A DNA stretch of 63,701 nt, filler included, from Hausera hauseri (taxonomy: Eukaryota): assembly GCA_046269625.1 (NCBI GenBank). It is 12 parts of 12 records of this genome, joined end to end, with 100 filler letters (N's around TTAATTAATTAA, not from the genome) between each part and the next. Parts side by side here need not be neighbours in the genome. Positions count along the whole stretch, not along the records: positions 46,338 to 50,593 come from JBJURY010673329.1; positions 50,694 to 57,887 come from JBJURY010031669.1; positions 57,988 to 63,701 come from JBJURY010200526.1; 9 more parts are not named here. One strand, written 5' to 3'. Under the pieces are notes generated by a model. It was not told the origin of the DNA, did not search any database, and worked only from the letters and a program-made list of their open reading frames with translations. Shown piece by piece: positions 49,801 through 60,117 of the stretch. The translations under genes and the position numbers were made by a program. Numbering within the stretch: position 1 is the stretch's first letter; the number at the start of each line of letters is the position of its first letter.

Positions 49801-49880
49801 TTATTACCGATCCATTCAGTGAGCTGTATATAGGAGCTGTCACGCATTGGGGAGTACTAATGCATAAAAATAAGCAATCT
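46880..49880 (-). pseudogene. Maverick/Polinton protein-primed PolB with Endo VII-like domain, decayed
   Basis: SSYIQLTEWIGNKKA..NKCF, CHFTGKYRGAA..CNL, FHNLSGYDSHFI, KGIFPYDY, YLDANNPYG, KLYNNGIFGKT, YVDTDS, DDKRKILNNG. Confidence 0.92.
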
Positions 49881-49882
49881 CT

Positions 49883-50512
49883 TTAGTGTTGCCAGGGTCC
49901 AACCGCTATTCTTATCCTGGCTCTCCTCAGCCTCGTGCAACAAATTCGCGTGCTCTTCATGTGGCCATTCAAAAATATTGACTGTTTCCAATATGGGCCT
50001 ATTTTTGGTCTCATATTGGCCTTAAGGGTCTTGACCTCCACCATGTTGTCCTGGAGAATTTTTTCTCTTTTTTCCTTTGTGTATAAGAGGAACTCTTGGA
50101 GGGTTGTTTGACCAGTTGCTACTATAACATAGTTGCGGACTTTTCTCTTTAATGCTGCAGTATCAACTGGCCGCTGTCTTTGACTTTTTGATGGAGAAAC
50201 TGCTGCTGCTGATGCTACGCATTTTAATACTGCATATGGAATTGGCTGTACTGCTGGAACTGGCTTTTCTGCTGCAGCATCTAGCTGTGTTGCTACAACT
50301 GGCTTATGCTGCTTATTAAATATGGCCTTCTTGAACTTTGATTTGAAATCTGTCAAATAGGCAATATGATCTTCATAAAACTGTATGTAAACTCCATCAC
50401 ACGAAGTCTCGCATCCTGGACAAATATAATACTGGATCCTGTTAAATTTGTATCCATAGTAGCTCCTCATGGTTTTTGGCATTTCTGAAGGTTGTGTATT
50501 ACACATATGCAA
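49883..50512 (-). CDS. Zn-finger-like N-terminal segment or ORF upstream of pPolB
   Basis: YYICPGCE..H motif; abuts pPolB; homologue at 22303-22674. Confidence 0.6.
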   Translation of the reverse strand: MHMCNTQPSEMPKTMRSYYGYKFNRIQYYICPGCETSCDGVYIQFYEDHIAYLTDFKSKFKKAIFNKQHKPVVATQLDAAAEKPVPAVQPIPYAVLKCVASAAAVSPSKSQRQRPVDTAALKRKVRNYVIVATGQTTLQEFLLYTKEKREKILQDNMVEVKTLKANMRPKIGPYWKQSIFLNGHMKSTRICCTRLRRARIRIAVGPWQH

Positions 50513-50693
50513 TACACGTATGAAGTGAAATTTTGAATTTCGTTAGGTATGAAAGTCACTATTGGCATATTGGTATTGAATATTTGTTTTTTCNNNNNNN
50601 NNNNNNNNNNNNNNNNNNNNNNNNNNNNNNNNNNNNNTTAATTAATTAANNNNNNNNNNNNNNNNNNNNNNNNNNNNNNNNNNNNNNNNNNNN

Positions 50694-53600
50694 TAATTCA
50701 ATTAGCATTTTCTTTTCTTCTTGATTTAAAATTTGACAATTTAGCAATTTTTCATGCCAATTAATATTAGTTGTCTTAACTTTTTCTATGTTTTTACTCG
50801 GTTCTCCTTTTAACTTTTCCTTCATTAACTTTTCTATTTTATCTATATCGGACGTTGTTGCGCATGTTTCTTGTTTTATTATCCCTTCACCAATCATTAC
50901 TTCTCCCAATCTTGTGTTCTTTCGTAATCTTCTTTCCTTATTTGCCGTATTGCAAATTCTCAAATGTATCCTGCCTTCTCTCACTTTATCTACATGAGGG
51001 GCTATTAAAATTTCATACTTTTCCATAACTTGCACAAATGGCTCAAAGCAGACGACTTCTGATAGTACTTGACTTTCTATTTTTCCAGGCACTATTATCT
51101 CGGATCGTGGTGGTATTACAATATCTTTTGTTAACGATACCTTTCCTCTACTTTTATCTTCATCGAACGTCTTCAACTGGCTGGTTCTCACATCTATATA
51201 TGCGTTTTCCAATTGGTTTAGCACATCACATCCAATTAGGATTTCGTTGGTTAGATTATCAGCTATCCTTATCGTATGTTTCACGGTTTGGTTACCGATT
51301 TTAATCTTTGCGTCCAGAACCATCTTTATTTCTTCTTCCGTACCGAATGCTCCTACATTTATTAATGTAGTTGTAGGTCTTCGTAACTTCTTTTTCAATT
51401 CTTTGGGTAATTGACTCCTCCCCATTATTGTTGTCGTTGATCCAGTATCCAGTAAAGCCATCATAGGGTATCCATTTACCTCTATTTCTATTTCGGGTCT
51501 CATAGGTGATCGTTCTCCTTTAGCGTCATCAATTTTGCACGTTGATTCATGCTTATAAGGTCTTACGCCTTCCTCAAAATCTTGTCGTATCTGTTGTACT
51601 TGCTGTATTGGGTACAATCCTGCATGTACCACATATCTGGGAGCTGAAGGATTTGCTACAAGTTGTTCGTTATATGGTTGCCCATGATATTCGTCTATGG
51701 GGTCTAAATGAGGTAAATCCGTCACGAGCTTATGCCGGTATTTAGGCTTTCGTGTTTTCAATACTATTTGTTTAATACTAGGTATTCGTTTGTATTTAGC
51801 CTTCACCTTTCCTTGGTCATAGTCAGTACCATCATTGTCAGGTATGCTATACAGAGATTCTTTATTGTCTCTTTTCTGTAATATTTTCCTCTTCCATCGT
51901 GCATCGTGGTTGGCTAAAAAGCAGCTTGCTACGGCCGGTATTACTGCTATCAAGATTTTCCATGAGCACCCTACTGCTGCGTGTATCCCATATGCTTTAC
52001 CGAGAGCCGTGAATATTGTCCGTAAGGCACTAATAATAAAGTATATAGCCAGAAAACCGGACGCTGCTTGTCCAAAATATAAAAACTTTCCCCACATCTT
52101 CTCCATAACGTTTCTTGTTACTTTCTTCAAATAATCTTTACCCATAAGGTTCTCCCATTGTGGTGATCCTTCACCATCCCACATTACTCTCCGTGTCAAT
52201 TCGGTTATTACTCGCTGTCTTTGTTGTGGGAACAACAACATCCGTCGATAATCTTCCAAATTTTGTTGTGTGTAAATTCCTCCTTGTGATATTCCTGTCA
52301 ATGGCTCAAATTTCTGGTTTCTTTGTAAGTTAATCAAACTTAGCGTCTCTGGTTTTGACACTGGTTCTCTCTTCGGCATCCTTATCCATTTATCGTTATC
52401 AATTTTGAACATCGGTGACATATTAAAAGTACAATTGTATAACGGAGTGGGCTTTACATTAACATCAAGAAGTATCCTAGTCACTGGCGTAACATATCGC
52501 GCTTCCGAATGATAAACAACAGGTAGTTCCATAATACATTCTTCCGTAGGTCTAATTGATACTTCCACTCTCTTACATTCTATTGTTATCAAAACCTCAC
52601 CCATTACTCTTCCAATAACTCCGTCGCCGAAGGGTAGTACTGGCGCTACCATGTCCGGATTCGTTATTACCAAGGCCATTTTATTGCGCATTATTTCATA
52701 ATTCAACTTGCATTCGTTCATAATTATTTCTCGATATAAACCCCTAATTTCTTTTCTTACGTAATTAATCAGAAAATCAATCTTGTTATCGAAATATTGT
52801 GTTAACTTAATATCCTTTTTATCTATTTTCGTTTTCGCTCCGGGTATTTCTTTTCTTGATAAGAAAATACCTTTATAATTGGTTTTAGATACCTCTTCTC
52901 CACACTTATTTGCTACTCCTGCCACTTTAAATCTCATCATTTCTTCTGGGTTTTCTGAATAGACAATTGTAGCGACCTCTGTCATCTTGACTTCTTTTGT
53001 TCCTTCCTTATATGTCGCCGTCTCTTTTTCTGCTGTCTTCCCTACCGTCTTATTAAACTTACCTTCCTTTAACAATGTCAACTGGCATTTACTTGCCGTC
53101 GTCTCCCAAGTCATTTTTGACTCTCCTGTATCGCATTCACCATTATCGTATTCACATTCGTTCATCGTCGTCATTAATTTTGTTTGGGAATCGAATAATC
53201 CTTCATATTCTTTCAGCTGTACCTGATAATCTTCTATGGCCACTGTTCTAGGTGCAATGGTACCTCCAACATCATAATCCACTCCTTTACAAGTTCCTTC
53301 CCTTGTCTTATCTATCCTTCCGGCTCTAAAAATCCTCGTGTACTTTATTCTGTTTCTTACTGCCGGTATGTGTGCATTTTGTATGGTTATGATACCAATC
53401 TTAAAAGCATCCTGACATTCTGCTCGGGATATTATTATTGGCTCAAAAGGTGTTGTAGGCTCAATTATGGCTGAATTTCCCGAATAGTAGGCGCAATTAA
53501 ACAGAAAGAATGATCTTTTCACGTAACATTCTCTAATCTTTGTTTTTATGAATTCGGACTCTTGATACACCCAGTACGTAAGACCACTCGTAGTTGTTAA

Positions 53601-56303
53601 CTGTTCTGGATCAGCTTCTGGGCATTTTTCTAAATCGACTAGAGAATACTTTTGTCCTTCACTGGGTTTCGAACAATCGTACGCCACGATCCCTACGGCC
53701 TTTGGCATCAATAGGGATGTTATTAGTAGAATTTGTATAATTTCCATTATTGACATGCCGGTTATACCTGATCGAGACGTAGTTGGTTGCATCCCAACTG
53801 GTCTATCTCTTTCTCGTTCTTCTGTCCTGGTTACGTTTGTCGTCAGGCTATTCAGCCATCCACCTCTACATTGGGCCCAATTTCCCAAAGTATCCTTCAA
53901 AATCTTCACGACTGTCTTTATATTTCGTTCAATTTCTTCTAAATTTTGGGTCTGATGGTTAATTACTATTATCTTATATAGCAAATAAGATATAGCCGTT
54001 TGGGCCTTTTCCCGTGTAATGCCTGTGGCAAGCATCTTTTCCAAAATATCTAATTCGTGCAGCTCGTTTATCCTTTCTTCCTCCAGATTCTCATAAAATT
54101 GTCTGCTTATTCGCAGCATACTATTACGTAATGTGTTGAATACTTCATCCGGGATTACTGCCTGCATGTCAAATGAGGCAAATGAAGTATGCATCCTAGC
54201 CAGTAACGTTCTTAATAATGGATCTATGTCTACTGATTCGGGGGTACCATCTGTTCCTGCTAGCAATAACCGTCTTACTATTTCTTCATTTCTATCTCTT
54301 CTATTGCGAATGTCGCTTATTTTTGTCCCTCTTGGCCTACCTCTTCTCTTGGCCTCCGTCTGGACAGTAACATCTTGTGTATCACCCATGGGATTTTCTA
54401 CCTCCCGTGGTTCCATTTCTCTTATGATTTCTTCCACCGTTGCTTGTGCTCTTGCCTCTGGATGTATTTCAGTTATATTTATCGGATTATAATTCTCACT
54501 TCTGCATCCAATTCTCAGTAATCTGTCGTAACCGTATAGTGTTCTGCCACAATAACTTAGTCCATAAGGACTGCCTTGATAAAATGGTTCCAGTTCTTCT
54601 AATTTTTCTCGTAAACTTTGTATATCGTCGTTTTCATTCATTCGGATGACCCTCATGTCTTGGTTTCCTTCTTTTATCGTTATCCTAATGGCTTCATTTC
54701 TTCCTTTTTCCTCCTCCGCAGCTTTAGCTAACACAGTTCTAGCCATTTCTCTTACAGGACTAGTATCTTGGGCTAGTAATACCAATTGGGGTAGGATTTC
54801 ATTCATTCTTTCTACCGTTATTTTACTGGTGATTATCTTCAGTATCGTCGTGGTTGTTTCGTCTATATCGACTATATTATTGGGATCGATAGTCAATACT
54901 GCTTCTATAATATCATCTTCTTCGTCTAAGTCTATACCAGGGTTCTTTATTACCTGATCCAATATAGCTTCGTCAAATATTGGCGTAACCTGCGTTTCCT
55001 CTGGACTAAATGAAGGTGAGGGTGTACTAAGGTTACTCTTCTTTCTTATTCTTCTCTTTTCTTTTACTACCTCTTCCCTCTCTGTCGACGTTTCTCTTGA
55101 TCCAACTTCTACATCCGTTATTTTCTTATTACTTTTCTTTCTTCCTTTGCGAGATGTCTGTTTCTCTGACGGTTCGCCTACCATATAAATATTACTTTCT
55201 TTTAACCTTTGTTGCTGTCTTTTATACTCCTTTACTTCTATTTCTAGTTGTTTCTTCATACGCGGGGATAGTGAATCACTTATATAGTTGATACTTTCTT
55301 TCTTCTTATCTTTCTTTTTAACTTCTCGTTCGCTGGCACTATCATCCGTTTCATATTCTCTGTCGGACGATTCGTCTGACGTGGCTGATACATTATCTTT
55401 CTTTTGTTTATTATTATTTGGCTTCGAGGAATCCCTTTTACGTGACCTACATGATTTCGCTATATGTCCATATTTGTTACAATTGAAACATTTCAATCTT
55501 CCTTCAGAATCTATACTGGGTAGTGATCTTCCATCTTTCTTTTTCTTCTTGTAACTTGTTTTTTCGCCATCGTTCCGTAAATTAAATCTTACTTTCTTTT
55601 CCCCATCTGATTCAGCTTCGGTTGCTGACGTTTGTGATGGGCTTCTATTTCTTTCGTACCGTTGATACTTTTGCGTACTATTGTTTCGTCTTTTATCGTA
55701 GCCATTATTATTATTTCTAGATTTATTCCACCTATACAGTTCCGCGTCTCGTTCGGCTTTTCGTGCCTTTCTTATTGCTTCTTGAAAGGTTGGCGGGTCT
55801 GCTTGTGAGATTATTGTCCTTAGTCTTTCTTCTAATCCATATTGGAACTGGGCTAACAATGCATTGTTCCGTATCGTAACGTCTGGATATGCTCTCGCCG
55901 CAAGTTTTTCCAATGCGCAGACAAAGTCCTGGACGGTTTCATCTTTTCGTTGCCTCCTTCTTATGAATTCTTCAATTCTCCCCTTTCCAGAGGGATCTAT
56001 CAAAAACTTTTGAGGCAATTTTTCTTTAATTCCCGTCCAATCTTTCTTGTCTTCTTCAGGCAATTGGAAATAAATCATGAGAGCCGTCCCTTTCAAATGA
56101 AGGGGTAATCTTTCTAATCTCTGCTTGTCGTCCCAGCCAAAACTTTTGGAATACACTTCGTATTCCATCATAAAATCTTGGATATCTTCTTTACCAGAAA
56201 ACTTCTTCATCGGTAAGGTGAAGTCAGCCTTTGACTGAATCACCTGTTCCACATTCTGTCTTGACATGGTTTCTTCTTCACTTAAATTATCTAAGTATTC
56301 CAA
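50694..56303 (-). CDS. Gypsy Gag-Env-Pol polyprotein (cut by the contig end just before RT)
   Basis: Capsid (KFSGKEDIQDF..W..LPLHLKGTA), CCHC 55449-55490, UBL-like 54465-54692, AT-hook 54327-54350, signal peptide 53691-53756, IVAYDC glycoprotein from 53690, TM region 51912-52097, protease LLDTGS (D at 51449) and ILIGCDVL. No stop in the frame; first ATG at 56267. Confidence 0.95.
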
Positions 56304-56394
56304 TCCAAAGGGTATATTTTCTTCTTGTTGGTATACTGTTCCCTTTCTAGTAGTAATCTTGCTTCTATTTATCTAAAGTCCTAATAAATTTATG

Positions 56395-56413
56395 ATCCCG
56401 GGTCACGGCACCA
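56395..56413 (-). promoter_or_regulatory. Primer-binding site, tRNA-His
   Basis: TGGTGCCGTGACCCGGGAT closely matches the complement of the tRNA-His 3' end (TGGTGCCGTGACTCGGAT), 3 nt after ..GTTGAACA. Confidence 0.85.
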
Positions 56414-56416
56414 GTT

Positions 56417-57318
56417 TGTTCAACTTTCTCAATATTGGTTTACTTTATTATCGGTTAATTGCGTATTTTCCAATTATTGAGTAGAACAATTTGCTTATTT
56501 CTTTATTGGGAGAGTACAAACTTACCTAACAGAAAGTAGGTGGTATGTTACAAGTATATAGTGGGAGAGTTTATTTCGTTTTATTAACTTATGGTTTAAT
56601 ATCTTACTTTTTATACGGGTTTTACTGAGGCCTCCGTCAGGTCGTTTTTACCTGGTCGGAGAATTTTCCAACGTTATTTAAACTTACTTAATTACTTTTA
56701 TTACTTAGGTAGAATAACCAAAGATAAGTAAAATACAATTACGGCTCTATTTATGTACAGATTACAAGAATGAATTTAACAAACATAAAACATATCAAAT
56801 AAGTACGCTTACGTGATGTCATCATAAAAATGAGAAGAAAAACTTGTGTGTTTCATGCACAAAAATCACACTTTATATAGTGCCGTAAACGGATGGCATT
56901 AAATAAATAAAGTAGCATTTACATGATAAATTCCACGTTAACTACAAAGAAAATCACATGTCGTTTCTGTTTAAACGTATACTACATAATAACATGCATA
57001 TTATAATGCTTGATCACATAATATGATCAGTTATATGAAACGTGATCATTTATAAAATCATGACGGATATTTACACATGATCGTAAAGTCATTAAATTTG
57101 TCTGTTTATTATTAAGATCATATGTCTATTTGCACAGTTTCAAAATATAGCGCACAATATTCGGCAAAACGTGACATGTAAAATAAAAGCAGCTAATAGT
57201 GACTTATGTCAGTTCATAAAAATTAAATGAAACTTACAAAAAACGTAAACATACATAAACACTAGGCACACTGTGAGCCTTCTAGCGGATGACACCTTGT
57301 ATGTAACATTTTGTAACA
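56417..57318 (-). repeat. 5' LTR (~900 bp)
   Basis: Ends ..TTGAACA before the PBS; CTATATAAAG at 56871-56880; start TGTTACA at 57318 or 57308 (ambiguous). Confidence 0.7.
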
Positions 57319-57579
57319 TTCCATCATTTTTATTCGACTACATATATCGTTTATATAAATTCATAAATATATACAATCAGTGTCAAAATTTTTGTCATTG
57401 ATTTTGTGTTTAGTGACAGAAGTAACAACTTATTATCTCATGCAAAAATCTGGATTAAAAATAATCGTTATATGAGTAACAACAAGGAGTATGGAAACAA
57501 CGAGTCAATAGAAAAGACACATTGACTAAATCTAACGGTTTATTACGTTTGTTTCTTGTTAGTTCGAAGTTTCTTTAAG

Positions 57580-57887
57580 ATACAGTATTTCGTTGGTCCT
57601 CCTTCAGGCTTTATAACTGCTTCCATCCGTTTTTTCATCGAATTTACGAGGTTTCCAGCAACATCGCTAAATTTTTGTTCAATTCTTCTACCAAGCGGCC
57701 TTTGCGACTTTCCTTGCTAGTTATCTACAACAAAATCCGTCAACATGAAATATGTTCCCAAATATGGTCGATAGGATTCACATATGGCGACTGCGGAGTG
57801 AATGGAATTGATCTGGGACATTCGTTCTTAGCCAATTCACGATATACGCGGTGTGTTTACTTACTTTTTTACACTTGATGGTAAATT
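57580..57887 (-). mobile_element. Tc1 transposase C-terminal remnant
   Basis: PQSPYVNPIDHIW and LVNSMKKRMEAVIKPEGGPTKY. Confidence 0.85.
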
Positions 57888-57987
57888 NNNNNNNNNNNNN
57901 NNNNNNNNNNNNNNNNNNNNNNNNNNNNNNNTTAATTAATTAANNNNNNNNNNNNNNNNNNNNNNNNNNNNNNNNNNNNNNNNNNNN

Positions 57988-58600
57988 GACGGTTGCTGAT
58001 AAAATTTCAAGGGTGGCAGTTTGATATAGGGGTAATCATCGTACGTTACCTCAAACATTATTTTTACGGGAAGGACGGCTACTCGGAATTCTAATTCATA
58101 CTGCTGTAAATTTTCGCTACGTAGGCTAAGGGTGCTAAATCTATATTGCCTTCCGTTGTTCGCGTTCCATTATTGATCTTTAAATCGGTAGTATATCTCA
58201 CCATCTGCTAGGTAGATATAGATATTTTGGCGGTATTCGTACGTGATCATTCGTTTGAGTGAGTATGCTCAAGCATCCTTGTCTTCTCTCATAACCTAAA
58301 GGTAAACAATCCTATTTTCTCCGTTATACCCTTTAAACTGTTAGGACTTTTACTGGTCTGATCATACTACACGAAGGTTCTCTCATGCAATTCGTTATGA
58401 ATTTGTCGATATATAGATTTAGAATTTTGGAGGAAGACGGTAGCGTAATTTTGCAGTAATTCGTCGATACTAAGTCGGCATTTTGGTGATTTATCGATAC
58501 TACATTGTTATCGTTCTCGGATGGATTGCGGTCCGTCGATTCTAGGTCGACCGGTGTCCGTTTTCATAACTCTGTCGTTACTCATCGGTCTAAAAAATAA
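57988..58600 (-). pseudogene. N-terminal part of the accessory ORF that precedes the exonuclease-like domain
   Basis: IYIYLADGEIYYR and LPPLKFYQQP match ILLHLAQGEIHMR/ESPIFYQLP (fragment 2) and WPEPMKFKEEP (fragment 6). Confidence 0.55.
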
Positions 58601-58687
58601 ATAGTAATGGTTAATCTTATAACAAAGGATGGTCTTGAAATAAAACCAATTTTTTGTTGGATGATAAAATAACCCGCTCAGTAGTTA

Positions 58688-60117
58688 TCAGGTTATTTTA
58701 TCATACGCATCAATAGGGGTTTCCAGTTCCCTTAGTTCCCATTCTGTAGTTTTAGGACGCTTAGACTGACAATTTTTTGCAACTAACCGAAAAATTACGA
58801 CTAATATAATAAAAACAAACGTTGATAGTACGATAATTGGTACGATCGGTAAAGTGGTTAATCCCATTAGTGCTTGTGTAGTGACTGGAGTTGTGATTTC
58901 ATCGTTTATGTTTTTGTATATATGCGGTTCTGCACGGTTTCCATCTAAGGTACGTAACGTAATTATTTGGTTTTGTTTATTCTCTGTATATACTTGTATT
59001 ATGCAATCAGATTGTGGTTTTAATAAATTGCATTCTGTCAGGTAAGTGTTTTTAAGTAATGTTACAATTTGATTATTTTACGTCGTTCGTCAGCTTATAT
59101 GTATATCGTAATTTAGTTTTTCTTCTGCAAAGAACACTATTTTAAATCTATGTGCCGAATATTTAATAGGTATACTTTCTACTTCTCTATTAGGCACTCT
59201 GCTTAATGCAACGGCTTCCGTAACGGCACTAACTCGAGTGGTCGGCTTTTCGGTTGTCATTTCTATTTGAATCTTCCATATTTTATACTCTGGGTAATAA
59301 GTTCGCAAGTAATGGCTTGGTTTATTTGGTCGTACTATATATAAGTCAAATTTTATTTTAAATTCTTGGTGTACTGGTAGCTTACAACACGGGTGTTGCA
59401 CATCGGCATGAACAGAACAGTATTCTATTTTCGGGGTTTTTTCGTTTACTGCATCAAAAACAATACTAATTTCTAGACTAAGAGTTAATCCTGTTTGAGC
59501 ACCTACTTGGATGCATTATTTTTCCTGGTTCACTGTGATCTTTTTGATGTTTTCATCTAATAACCTTATATTTGGGTCGGTAGATTGTATTATTTCGTCG
59601 AGTTACGCTTCGAATCGTCTAATCCAAGTAGGAATAACTAACTGAAGTTGTGGGTTTACATCGATATAGACTTTTAATGAGTCTGGTAAGTACAGTCGAT
59701 AAGTAAGTATGTAGATGTGTCGCAGCACTACGTATAATCTCCGGGTTCAAAATCACAGTTTTTCACTTCTTTTGTTGTTACATCATATAGTACAACTTGA
59801 AAATTTCCGAAATCATGATGTGGTCTTCAAGTTTTAAATCCAACACACACAGAGTCTGGCGAAAAGTAATGAGCCTTCACAGATCGTAAGGAAATAGTGT
59901 CTCCTTGTTTTTGGATCTCTTCGGCCGTTGGATTCTTTTCCGCTATGATGGTTTTAGGCTCTAATCGGCTCTTCCGAATTCCATATACGTCTCATAGCGC
60001 AGTTTCATCGTCCCACCATTGGGTTTGTGTTTTTGGGATATAAGAAGCAATTAACGACAGTGCTAAAACTATCTGAACGTATAAGATCGGTTTGGAAATT
60101 ATTAAAGAAGTTGTTTT
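58688..60117 (-). pseudogene. Post-integrase type-I membrane protein with FN3-like motifs
   Basis: Signal-like ILYVQIVLALSLIASYIP; VKAHYFSPDSVCVGF; NLLKPQSDCIIQVYTEN; TM IVPIIVLSTFVFIILVVIF then RLVAK and a short tail. Several stops and one frameshift. Confidence 0.6.

Noticed and set aside
51912-53756. A stand-alone endogenous chuvirus insertion
   Set aside because: In frame with gag and protease, no N or L gene remnants, and the same order recurs in a divergent element.
50788-55554. Many plus-strand hydrophobic ORFs
   Set aside because: Antisense shadows of the A-rich polyprotein ORF.
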